From positions 88,290,001 to 88,354,000 of the forward strand of contig NC_045697.1 of the NCBI RefSeq assembly GCF_009834535.1: a DNA stretch of 64,000 nucleotides, written 5' to 3'. Shown here in pieces: positions 27,204 through 40,144 of the stretch (positions within the stretch are counted from its first letter, which is position 1; each line of letters starts with the position of its first letter). Source of the DNA: Camelus ferus. Its lineage: Eukaryota. The notes below the pieces were generated by a model, which did not search any database, was not told where the DNA came from, and saw only the letters and a list, made by a program, of their open reading frames with translations. Both the position numbers and the translations under genes were made by a program.

Positions 27204-30200
27204 TTATAATGGTGTTTCCTTCTTATAGTTGAAGCTAGGGTCAGAACCCTCAATCTGAAGCTTCAGGGCTTGTTTAAGGCTTAACTCCGTCTCCGAGGAA
27301 GGATATCCTTCTAACACTTCCTGATGCCCTCTGTCTTGTATTGTTCGTGGGACTGAGACCCTACCAAGAAAAACCTGGTTGCTCTGAAGATGGTAATTTG
27401 GATTTGTCATTATTCCATTTCTCTTCTTCTGTTCCCCACTTTGTTGGTGAATAAGAAACTGCTGTTGCGATCGACCAATTTCCTGCTGAGCTGAAGGTAT
27501 CATGATTTTGCACTGCGATTCTGTGGGCATTTGTTTAGATGGTGCACTGGTCCCAGATTTGGCTGTAGGTCCTCTCTTATCAAACTGAGTCATTTCATAT
27601 TCCAAAACCTTTGGCTGTGAAGAATTATTTTGTTTCGCTTTTTTCCCAGCTGACCCAGATTTGCCGGAATTTTCTGATTTCCCCCCTTTATTTGTTTTAG
27701 TTGACTTCAAACTGGGCTTTACTTGGCTCCACTCAAACTCGCTACTGGGTGAGTTGTGGCTCTGCCCCAAGGACTGCGTTGTGGAAGACGGGGAAACGAT
27801 CGACTGCCGACTTCTACTGCGCGGCAGTGAGTGCTGCTGAATTTGCTCTGTAAATGACAAGCTGTGAAAGCTGTCAATTGGCACTGTTTGAGCCGTTGCT
27901 GTAGACGAAGTGGTTCTCAAAGACGAATTTTTTGAGCTTTTCAAGGAATTATTTGACAATGATGACTTCTGCCGATCAACTGTTGAATCAGGCGATTCTG
28001 AAGGAGAACTGAAGGCGTGAGCTGGCCCGTTCGGTAACCCGCGTAGCGAAGGCTGCACGTCCCCTCCACCAGTGCTGCCAGAGCTATTCGACTTAATTGT
28101 TAGTGATTGCATTTTTGAAGTCACCGATTGTAGAGGTTTCTGCTCCATGGTGTGTACAGGAGATGGAGAACAGCCATTCAAACTGGATGCACCATATTTT
28201 TCTAATAATTTAATTATTTGAGAATGTCCGTTTTTGGCTGCAACACGCATAGCAGTGCGTCCAAACTGGTCAGCGTGGTTTGGGTCAGCACCATGCTCCA
28301 ACAGAACCTGCACAACATCGATGTGCCCTTCCTGGGCCGCAATACAGAGCGCAGTGGCACCCTGATTGCACGTGTGGTCGACCGCCGCACTGTGCGCGAT
28401 CAGAAGCTGCACCACTTTCACGTGGCCCTGCCAGGCTGCAGACTGCAGAGCAGAGCGCTTTTCATTGTCTGCAGCGTTGACGTCAGCGTGGTAGGTGATC
28501 AGAAGCTGCACCATTTCCAAGTGGCCCTGCCAGCAGGAAACATGAAGTGCTGTCCTTCCTTCAGCATCACTTGCTTCTACATTTGCCCCATTTTCTAAAA
28601 AGTACTCAGCCATCGTAAGTTGGTTTTCTAAGGCCAAAATATAAAGTGTGGGCCTCCCATCGGCATCTTTGTAGTTAACATCGGCTCCATGGCTGAAAAG
28701 TAATTCAACAATGTCCCTGTGTCCTTCTAACGCAGCAACCCGCAGTGCATTTCTTCCATCGTAACCTCTTTGATCAATGTTCGATTTATTTTCCAGTAAT
28801 ATTTGAACACAATCATAATGACCCTCTTGTGAAGCTAGTATGAAAGGTATCCGCCCATCATTGTCAATCTCATTTGTTCTAGCACCTTGTTCAATAAGTG
28901 CCTCACATATTAACCTGTGACCTTCAAAAGCTGCCATGTGCAAAGGTGTCCATCCAGCATCGTCTCTGTGGTTTTCATCTAACCCTCTATCCAGGAGAGT
29001 ACGTACTACTTCAACATTTCCTTGGGCTGAAGCTATGCTGAGGACTGTCCTCCCTTCACTGTCAATGCTGTCCACAGCTGCACCCCAGAACAAAAGTGTG
29101 TTTACAACCGAAGCATGACCCATAGAAGCTGCTGCTAAGAGGGGTGTACGACCATTGTTATCTGTGTGGTCTACATCTGCTCCCCCCTCTAGAAGCAAGT
29201 CAACCACATCGACATGTCCTTCATAGGCAGCTACCAGCAGCGGAGTCATGCCATCTTTATCACAATGATCTACTTCAGCACCTCGATCGATTAAGAGGCT
29301 AACAACTGATGCATGCCCTTTACTTGCGGGAACACAAAGCGCAGCTACAGAGAGTGCAGTCCTGCCATCCACATCCTCGTGATTCACTTCTGCTCCGTGG
29401 TCCAGCAGGTGTTCCACAATCTCTCTGTGTCCCATGTAGGCTGCTGCTATCAAAGCAGTTCTGCCTTCGTTATCAGCTTTGTTGACTTCAGCACCATGTT
29501 GGAGCAAATTCAGGACAATATCCTCATGTCCTCCCCAGGCTGCTGCTCTCAGAGCAGTTCTGCTATCAGCGTCTGCACAATCCACTTTTACACCAGCATA
29601 AAGTAGTGCAGAAACCACCTCAGTGTGACCACCCCAAGCAGCAGATCTTAATGCTGTCCAGCCATCTTGATCAGTATGATTAATATCTGCTCCACAGCCA
29701 ATCAAGCAATTAACCACCTTGGTATGTCCCTGTCTGGCAGCTAGGGTAAGTGGTGTGTGTCCATGAGCATCTTCTATCTCTAAATCTGCTCCCCTGGATA
29801 CAAGTAAATTCACTACATCAAGGTTGCCGCTGTAAGCAGCATTAGCCAATAATGTCCTCCCATTCGAATCACATTGATTCACAGAAGCTCCATTATCTAA
29901 TAATGTCCGAATGGAATCCTCTCTTTCTAAGGCCTGTCGGACTATGCATGATGTGCGATCATCTTCGCTGTTGACATGAGCACCAGCTTTAACCAACAGC
30001 TGTAGCACTTCTTGTTCCTTGGGTATTAAAGTAGACAGGGAGTCTCTGACAGGTGTACCATTCCATATCATCCACAGAGCTAATTCAGCTGTCTCTAACT
30101 GTAAGTTTGAATTAATTAAGTGCAATGCAAATTCTTGTGCTTCCAATGGTGTTAAATTCTTGGCTTGACAGGTATAACTCATAGCCAACATTCGGTGTCC

Positions 30201-30751
30201 TTCTGCTGCATTACATAAATACTTCTGAGTGCAGTGTTTCACATCCAGAAGCCACTCTGCAAAACTATAGTGAAACAGTATTTTAGTATTTCCTAGTCCA
30301 TCAACAAGAAGTTTGGAGAGGACATCTAACTTGCGTTGAAAGTCTTCCAAGGTTAATGACATATTTTTGGTCCATACCGCGTGGTATAATTCCGTTATGG
30401 TCAAAGGTCGGCAGGCTGCAAGAATCACATTCAAAATAGGCTGAACCTTTGCAAACTGTTTTCTTACAAAAAGTCTTTGACACAGCCAGAGATACAGACC
30501 ATTTAGAGTTCCTGGGATGTCACGAATCTCTCTTAACATAATAAAATTTTCCACAACTCCATCGAGAACTCTTTCTAGATAAAGAAAGCACCCACTACTT
30601 TTAATGTGCAGCTGGTTTAACATCTCTGCAGTCTCTTTTGTGAGGTGCTGTCGCAAAGCTTCTTCTTGATCTAAACGATGAAGAATGTACTGTTGAACAT
30701 CTTTAACGATATATGCCTTCCGAAGGTCATCTAAACTTATTTTTCGAAAAC
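27204..30751 (-). CDS. ANKRD50: ANKRD50 exon 4 CDS: helical/winged-helix-like region, long ankyrin repeat array, Ser-rich tail, C-terminal ETPL
   Basis: Acceptor TTTCTCTAG|GT at 30752/30751. 3548 nt to TAA at 27206-27204. Many G-T-[PA]-L-x-x-A-A-x-x-G-H ankyrin motifs. Total CDS 4290 nt = 1429 aa. Confidence 0.97.
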
Positions 30752-32339
30752 CTAGAGAAAAGACAAAAAAAGTGGACGTCATCAATTCAAAATGATTATC
30801 AAAGAATGTCTTCAATGTGTGATAAATAAGCAAATAAATCAATAATAAATCAATTAATACTAATAAACAAATTAATCAATACCTAGAGGTATATAAATCA
30901 GTTTTGTTTTCCTGCTGGAAAAACATATGGATGGCAGATGAACTATTTCATTTTCCTGTCTACAAATGGAAGTATTTCTTATTCGTTTAGTGGCTCAGTG
31001 CTCCTCTCAGCTTCAATGATGAGATACTAAACTGAGCATTAGACATCTCATATACATATCCAAGCACCTTGTCAAGATTTTCTGATCCCCCAAATGACTA
31101 AGAAAAAAAAGCTGCAGAAGACATAAATGAAGTTCATTTGTTTTTATACGCTGATCTTTTTCATGTGAAAAATTTACATATTTCTATCCACAAAACTGAA
31201 TGTACATGTCTTAATTATGGGATTGAATATTTGCATCCAATTTGAATATCACATGTCACTGCCTTTAAATTACATTATTTTATATGCTATCAAATTAAAA
31301 TGATTAAATTTCAGATTGTCAATAAATAGTTGGAATCTGAAGATGCAACTTAGTTAAATTATGTTAATAAAACTTCAGCATTGTGAAAATAAAGCAACTT
31401 ACTAAAATTCAAACCAACCTGAAGATTACTAGTTACAGCTATTCAAAACTCACTTTGAGTTCTTTAAAGGGAACTATAATTTCATTTTCTGAAGGAAGAT
31501 GATATCCTGTTTTATAGACATGGGTTTATTAGATGATTGTGTAATTCATCTTACAGAAGAAAAAATTGAATGAATGCTGAGTGAATGAACTCTCTTAAAA
31601 GGTATACATGTAGAAATTCAGTAAAGATTAGTTAAGGTCAATTAATACTGAGTAAAATACTCTTTTTACTTGATGGAATAAAACAAATATATATATCATC
31701 TACTATATGCCAGGTACTATATGAGGAGATGAGACACATTTGGTAATGAAAAGTCAGTGAGGAATTTTGACCACTAGAGGCAAAACATTTTACAGAGGCT
31801 CTGATGAAGTCTAGGTAAGAATCACTAAAAGCCTGAACAACCAAAGCAGCAGCAGCAGCAGATAAAAATAAAAGCTGATTTGGAAATTATTAATAAGGGC
31901 TAGACTGCATAGAGCTCAGTGAGTGTGGAGAACGAAAAAGAGGAGGAGTCAAAGTTGACATTCATTTCTGACATGGCCAGCCAGATGGAAACAGACCACT
32001 GAAGACAAATATCAGGTCTGGAGAGAGAGCTGATAAATTTTGTGATACTAATCTTGAATTATTTAGGTGAACTGGATAAATCTAGTGAAAAACACAACCT
32101 ACGAAGAATGACACATGAAGAAATAACAAATCTGCAAACCTCTAAATCTATGTAAAAAATGGAATCTATAATTATATATAGATGTATATACATAAAATGG
32201 AATCTGTAATTACATACATATGTCCATACATACAACTGTTGATTATAATTAAACATATAACTGATTATTCTCAGCAGAATTCATTTCAAAAGATAAATTT
32301 TAATTATGAAAAAGACACACCTTATTTAAGGAGAGTTTA

Positions 32340-32491
32340 CTTTTTTAACATTTTTTATTGATTTATAATCATTTTACAATGTTGTGTCAAATTCCAATGT
32401 TCAGCACAATTTTTCAGTCATACATGGACATATACACACTCACTGTCACATTTTTTTCTCTGTGAGCTACCATAACGTTTTGTGTAATTTC
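32340..32491 (-). mobile_element. ~150-bp L1 3' terminal fragment with TSD
   Basis: Reverse complement aligns by eye to 45680-45830. Flanked by the direct repeat AGGAGAGTTTA (32329-32339, 32492-32502). Confidence 0.88.
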
Positions 32492-35019
32492 AGGAGAGTT
32501 TAAAACATGCCTAGAAATTTATAACAATCTACACTTACTAGTGATATGAGATTAACTTGCCCTTTTGTGTGTTCATTTGCTTTTGGCTTTCTAAATTCAT
32601 TATAACAATTTAGGCTGGAAAACACCTGGCATGTTGCTAATAAAAAGGATTTAAGAAATAATATCTTACGGTGTTTTAAAGTTTCCAAAGTGATCTTGTA
32701 GATACTGATTTACATAAAAGATTATAATGCTTATTATGAATAAATATCTACAATTTAAACCTATTTAACTAAGATACCATGGTTGAAACTTGAGTTAATT
32801 AAGACAGAATCTAGGCTAAAGCTCTAATGTAACAGGTTTGGTTCTTAAGAAAGAAATACAGGAGAACAGCACTTATTAAGAGTCAGTTATTTTCAAAGCA
32901 GCACTTCAGTGCTGATCATGTACACGTCTTTTTATGTCAAGCCTGTGAGATAAGTTGCACCCGCCAGTTCTAATTTGGAATGCATACCTCTCAGTGCAAA
33001 ATCCATACATTTCAACTTAAAGCATCAGTAAAAAGCAGAAAGAAATGTGTAGGATATATATAAGGAACACTGAAAAAAAGGTTTTTAAAAAGTTGAGTAA
33101 GTGAAAAAATATGCCAGGTTTGTGGATGGAAAGAAAGCATATTTTAAATATCAAAAATTTCCTAAATTTTAACCCTATTTAATAATTTTTTGTATCATTG
33201 GTAGTTAGAATTTTAAAAAGCTACTAAAGTCAATCTGGAGGAATAAAGGTAAAATATACCTTTTAAAATAATAACATTGATGGCAAGGAGGACTGGGAAG
33301 TAATTGTACAAAAAAATTTTAAATATTAAACCAATGTGACAGTTGCCTAAAAATGCTGACAGATAGTTTAGAAGAACAGACAGATGGCTTAGAAATATAT
33401 CAGTAACACAAAGTGATATATATACACGCACTTAAACTGAAACTTAACATATGATAAAAGAAGCATGTATAACTAATGGGAGCCCATAAGTAGTGCTGAG
33501 AAAATCTGTGGTTTGATAAAGTATCCAAGTTAGAGTCTTATTTCACACCATTCAGTAGAATATATACTATATGGATAAAAATCACTAAATATAAAAATAA
33601 GAATATTAGATATTAAAGGACAATACATTACATTACATATAATAGACTTCAAAAGAATTATGATAATTTTAAAAAGCTGAAGAAAATAGTTGCAAAGATT
33701 AATAAAATATGAAATAAAAGCTCTCTTAATAATCAATTAGAATATCATTAACTTCCTGAAGGAGACACAGTAAAGGTGAGAAAATAAGAATTCACAGGGA
33801 AAAAAGACAAACTGATAAAATAAGCATAAAGAGGAAAGAAATCAATAGTAAATAAGAAGTGCAAATAAAACTAAATTTCACACACTAAATTTGTAAATAT
33901 GAAAATAAGTAATTCACTACTGGTAGAATTTCTGAGAAACGAACACTCTCAGGTAGATATATAATATGATGTATACCTTCTGGAAAGCAACTTGACAATA
34001 TGTATTCATAACTTCAGTAATATTCTTCAGTGTTGACCCCCAAATTCCAAATCTATCATCAATAGAGATATAGTCCAACGCTCATTACAGCCCTGCACTT
34101 TTAATAATTAACAGCATTTTAGAAGGAGTATGGAAAGAGAACAGGGCCATATTCAGTTCCTCCTTATTCCTTCCTGGGTCACTGCTTTTTCCACCAAGAC
34201 ATGGTTCAAAGAGACACAAACTCATTTATTTGCCTGTTCCCAGCTGTGTTCTAGCTGCTGCGGAGACACAGTAGCAGACAAGACAAGCAAATGTCCTGTT
34301 CTTACGGAGACTATATCCTAGTGGAGGAGACACACAAGTAAGAAAACAAATATAAAATACAAACAATTTTAAACAGTAATGAGACATATGAAGAAAATGA
34401 AACAAGACATAACGAGTGTGTGGCTAAGCAGCTGAGGAGGCAAAAACAGAAATAGAATAGAAAAATACAGAGAAGTCTGCCTAAGTGACATTTGAGCAGA
34501 GGCTGAAATGTTAAAGACAGTAAGAAGTTCAGGAGAAGATCACTCCAGTCAGAGGGAACATAAGCCCAAGACCCTAATGCAGAAAAAGCAGATCTGAAAA
34601 TAACAAGTGTCAACTGATGAGAATATAGAGAAAAGGGAAATCTCATGTGCTGCTGGTAGGAGCGTAAGTTATTTCCAGCACATCAGACAGCAGTCTGGCA
34701 AAATTAAGTAAAGCTCAAAATGTACACACTCTATAGTTTAGTAATTATGTGTCCAGGTTTATCATGTAAACCTTTAGCACAGGTGCACAAGAAGATGTGT
34801 TCAAGCATGTTCATGAAGCATTTTTGTTATAGTGAAAAATTGAAATAATCTAAGTGTCCATGAATAGGATAATGGGAAAACTGGAGATTTATTCATGGGA
34901 AGGAATAGTATACAGCAATTAAAACCACAGAACTGGGTTAATAAGTAGCAAAAGGAATAAGGCTCAAAAAATAATGTTTGCACAAAAAGAGGAGATGATG
35001 ATAATGATAATGACAGCAG

Positions 35020-35230
35020 CAGTACACCTAATGAAGCACTTATTATGTACCAGGAATGGTTTTAAGTGCTTCCCGTCATGTAATTTGTCATTTAACCTCA
35101 TAAAAACCCTGTGGGGAAGTAGCAGGGAAGTATAATCCTCACTTTCTAGATGAGGAAACTGAGGCACAGGATGTACTAGTAAGCTGCATAAGGTCACGCG
35201 GCCAGTGATTAGGAAGAGCTAAGCTGGTAT
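35020..35230 (-). mobile_element. MIR SINE
   Basis: Core TAGATGAGGAAACTGAGGCAC...AAGGTCAC. Similar MIRs at ~1930-2140, ~4440-4650 and ~42365-42560. Confidence 0.75.
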
Positions 35231-36340
35231 ATGCAGTGTTTCTTTCCTACAAACTATAAAAACGTACAGAACTTAATATGAGTTGAAAGGATATAAGATA
35301 AACTAATAACACTGATCGTTTCTAATCAAGAAGGGAAAGAAAGGGGCTTCAACTTTATCTGTACCTGACATACTAACAGCTACATAACATTAGCTGTTAC
35401 CCTGTTAACCCTCCAACTTCTAGTGACTAGATCTTTGTCAGTAACAACAAAAAAGAATAGTATAAAGGAAGCCAAACCCTAAGTGCTGTCATTAGTAGCT
35501 AGGGAATCTGAAACAGAGGGAATATAAATCTGGTTAAAGGAAACTGTTTTCACAAATTAATAAGGTTTCACCCTTCCAAAAAAGGAAGTTTAAAAGTGGC
35601 ATGGCTAATTAACCAATAACTTGATTATTATCTTTCCAATCACACTATAAATCCTGTGAGTGTTCCTGCTGTATGCTCCTGTTATTTCCCATAGCACAAA
35701 GAAAAGTGTTTTACATAATCTAACAGGAGTAACCACAACCTTATCGTGGTAGTAGAAAAGTAAAGTCAGGAAACAAGGGAGAATTTAAGAAGAAAAAACA
35801 ACTGATCATGAATTTCTATACATTATATAAATCGCTTTCTCACACATCAGCAAAGGGTTAAGAAAAGGATCTATTTCATCAGTTATCCTAAAAGACTGTC
35901 AACTGTCTCTCCTCTTAAACCCGTCTTAGAGAAACTGCCATTGATTTTTAAATAGGCATATTCACTACTCTCAAGATGTCCAGTCTAGTTAGAAGAAATA
36001 GCATAAGCTGTCATCAGGACACATCAGCATAAAAAATGCAGCCCTACAGATACAGAAGAGCTAACACGACAGGAAATACTCCTAACCTTTACTAAGGAAT
36101 CGACATAAAGAATCTGGGGGGAAAAGGTACTGTTAAATGATCTTACAATATTCTATGGCTTGTTTTTAACACAACTTGAACAAGGTACAGTTGAAAACAG
36201 CTGATGGAACAGACAGAACAGCTGACAAAACAGCAGAAGCAACAACCAGATTTTTCAACTAAGCACTCTCCTCTCAGAAAGAAACACGTGTATTAGCTCA
36301 TCAATGAAAAACATTTGAGAGTGGCAGTAATTGCACTTAC

Positions 36341-36570
36341 CGGTAAACATTTTAGTAACAGCTTTGCTCTGTTTTCGGGCAGAACAGAGAAGCAATAACC
36401 ATGGTGGGAAGAACTCGTGGTGAGCAGCTAAAAGCTCTGCAACAGTCCCAGATAAACTGGCAGATGTGTGCTCTCCTTCGGTCACACTGCACCCTTCGTC
36501 AACAGAATCCACGAGCAGGTACAGGCTCTGCTGCGGAGGCTTCATCCCCAACAGAGGGAGCAGAACACAC
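36341..36570 (-). CDS. ANKRD50: ANKRD50 exon 3 (230 nt), contains Walker B-like [10 protein letters not shown]
   Basis: Acceptor TTTTACAG|G at 36571/36570 and donor ACCG|GTAAGT at 36341/36340. Translates [26 protein letters not shown]...KMFTG, in phase with both neighbours (512+230=742). Confidence 0.95.
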
Positions 36571-38489
36571 CTGTAAAACAGCCATGTGAGCGCTCGGAAT
36601 GTTATTGGCCACAATATTAAGATTTCTTATTCAAACACTAGAATTACAGGTTATAAATATTGTTTTAAAAAATAAATCAAGGTTTTAGAATAAAAATATT
36701 GCACAAGTTTCAATTTCTGGCTTAATGAAAATACTGGTCCTAAATAGTTCACATTCCAATAACAAGATTTTCCACAATAAAGTGGGTGAGTGTATGTGTA
36801 TTTGTGATTCAGCATATTAAGAAGAGCAGTAGGAACTTGAGGAAACAAGATTTCAATATTCCCTTCCTGATTTTTCGAATTAAGAATACAAGCTTGAGCT
36901 GTTTATAATAAAACTAAAATGTGTTGCAAAGGAAAAGAAAACCTTGGGGACCACCCCAATAACAGGAAAAATATCAAAGAGTTCTACAGAATTTACAAGT
37001 ATTTTATCATCATGGCTCACAAAGTGAGTGCGTTTTATCTAGTTTGTCACACACAAATTTTATTTTAAAAAACTTTTCAAAGATTAACTACAGTCTAGGT
37101 CCCATTTGATATATGTTCAAAATTCAATATATTGAAGAATATATTAGGTTTAATTCCACTAAAGAACACATTTCCTATGCAGATAATTTATACTGAAGTT
37201 GAACGCAACTTTTTCCTAACTAAAACAATACTCATTCATTTTCAACAAATACTTACTTGAGCATTCCATGAACTGAATGAGATACTGAAAGATACAATGG
37301 TGACAGGACAGAATCCATCTAATTATGAATACCAGAAATTTACAGATATTCCTGTCTACAGCTCTCTTCTCAGTCTTTCAATCCCAATAGCAACAAGACC
37401 CAATTTATCAATAAGTTCTATCAGTATGAGGATTTGGTAATATTCTTTTCTCCAAAACCTACTCTGTCTGATATTAATGTTAAAAATAATTCCTCATGGT
37501 TTCTGCAAATGCTTTGCACATTTTATTTTTTATTCAAATTAATTCTGACAGGTGTGACCTAGGGTTCCAATTTTTTTTCCCTCATGGCTCCACAGTTATC
37601 CCCAAACCATTTATTAAATTATCTCTCTCCTAGTGATTTGATTTGAAATTCCTCTTTTTTTCCCCCACAGAACAAATCCCCATACATATTCTGAGTCTGA
37701 TTTATCTTATTCTGTTGTCTCCCAATCTCTTCTCCAAGCACTTATATCTCTGCTTCGTGAAACTGTTTAAGTCAGGCAATTGCTCATTAACTGTTTTCAT
37801 TCAAGACAATATGTTTAGCTAAAGATTTCTTTTTGTTTCATGGCAGCATTTTTCTGGTGGGTGTTTCTGGTACTGTTTTTCAGTCTCCTTCCCCCTTCTG
37901 TTTCTGCGATATATATTTTACATATCTTGTAACAGCTCTTCTTCAATAGATAACTTCTTTCTGGACCAGCAATTGCAGGTTTGTGTATCCAGTGTCCAGC
38001 CTTCTCCATATGACTCAGAGTTATGGGTGTGCTTCTACGTCTCTGCAGCCAATTAAGATCAGAAACTGAGGGGATGTACATAAGGCGGAGTATCTCACCA
38101 CAACCCCCTCCCCACCAGCCCCCAATGTCTGTCTCTTGCATACAGCTCTTCTGTGTGACTCATTCTCCCTGACTTCTCTGTTCTTCTTTTTGCTTAACTG
38201 GGCCCAGGGAAACTTCCAGCATAAGTTTATAACCTGTCTCCATGGTTCCCGACAAGAGCCTTTATGCTCTCGATGACCTTCAGGGTGTGCACTTATTTTA
38301 AAGCATAAATGTCCTGTCAGTTTTGGTCTGCATTCAATTTTATGTTAACTTCTACATTATCTACCTTCAGGTTGGGTTTATAGGTCTCTCATAGTTTCAC
38401 TTTCTTGTTATCAGACTTTCCCCAGGCATTACTCAGTTATGTTAAAACCAGCAGCCAATCTATGGCTTTAAAAACGTTGAGCAACTTTT

Positions 38490-39152
38490 TCTAGCCTTGA
38501 TCTCACCCCTGAACTCAAAACTGACACTTCCCCAAACTGTCTATCTGCCATCTCCATGTGGGGGTGCTACAGGTATCTCAAATTTAACGTTTAAAGAAGC
38601 ATTCTCTTTCCATTTTACCTTCAAAATAAGTTCCTCCCCACCTGCCTTCCCCATCATTTAGTGGACCCCGTCCTCCCCGAGGGCCTGAAGTCAAAATCCC
38701 AGGCTTCATTCCGAGTCCTTCCTTTTGTTCCAGCACACTGTCCCCCTTTCACTTCTAACACCCAGCATGTCTCCAGTCAGGGCCTGTGGACTTGCTGCTT
38801 CCTCTGCATAGAAAGCTCCCCCAGGCAGAATCTCTTATTCTTCACATTTCAACACAAAATTTACTCCTGAAGAGGCCTGCCCTGATCACCATGCCTGAAA
38901 CAGCCTTCATCATCATGTACTGCTGTTACTTTAACACCTCATCCTGTTTTCTTTGTAGTATTTAACATATTCTCAAAAAATCTTATTGAATTATTTGTGT
39001 ACTATTTGCACCATAAGGCTGGGGGGAAGCTCCCCCACCTCCATCCCGCCTCCCGCATGACAGTGCCTGTCTTGTGCACTGCTAGTTTCCCAGCACTCAG
39101 AGCCATTATCAGCGCATCACAAACACTCTATAAAATGTGTTTCATGAATGGA
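38490..39152 (+). mobile_element. L2 fragment including 3' end
   Basis: CATCTCCATGTGG...ATCTCAAATTTAAC, AGGGCCTGTGGACTTGCTGCTTCCTCTGC, terminal ATGAATG. Confidence 0.6.
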
Positions 39153-40144
39153 TAGTAATTAATGGGAAAACTGCTACTTTAAAACACTAGGATAAAAAAT
39201 TTACTAGACTCCCATATTCCAGTGCCCTTTCAATTATTCCAACAAAAGCACCACACAGGGATACGTACACCACCGAGTGACACATAGATCCACATTTTCT
39301 ATTAGGTTACATTATTTTATAAAATGAAAATCCCATCAACGTATGCACACCCTAAGTAAGAGTACTTTAGATAGTCTACAACAGGTTTTCCTGTTTGTGA
39401 CTATATATATATTATCATTCACATGAGATAATGTAATAGTGTTAGGTTATCACATTCATATAAAGATAATCACCATCTTCAAAAGCAGCGGTATGCTGCA
39501 GGGTTTTACCTCTGTGTGTGTACGCTATTAAATGTCTCACATTTCTTTGTTACATTATTAAAATTCAGGCAAAAATATATTACATTCTTAATATTTTTAT
39601 GAATTCAATTAAAAGTCCTTGAACTAGCTTTTCTCTATTTTCAACTCCATCTTGAATGTAAGTATGGGCAGCAGCACCCTTCTGTCGCTGGCCTTCTGAT
39701 TTCCTGGCAGAACGGCAGCTGATGGACCATTAGGGCAGTTCTGAAATGAAAGACATCTATTCTTTTTTTGGGTTTTTTACTGCCTTTTCTCAGGAGGCTA
39801 ATTAACTTTTAAAAGCTGCCACAAGTATTACAAGGAATATACTATTAGATGGACAGCTCCTACATGTACAATAGTTCCCTTGAAGTTTTCACTGTTGAAC
39901 ATCGGGGTTCAGCTCACTCTCTGGCTCACTCCCTCGGGTGCAGAGAACTGCTTGAGAGCCTCCCTCTCAGCCTTACAACAAAATAAGCCAGATGAGCTGC
40001 AAGTTCAACACTTTTCTTGAACCCATGAGAAAGCTTAGGTCACAGGGTGGTCACCTAGCCCCAAATCTAAGGTGGCACAGACACCTGCAGGTAGACTCAG
40101 AAGTAGGTAGACAAGCACTTGCTTACCTGGGGCAGTGCACCTGG

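Noticed and set aside
28218..29606. Antisense ORFs overlapping exon 4
   Set aside because: Shadow ORFs of a coding exon with no independent evidence.
30752..30842. N-terminal 30 aa of the 1212-aa ORF (MIYLL...FSL)
   Set aside because: Intronic open-frame extension upstream of the acceptor at 30752. The real frame comes from exon 3.
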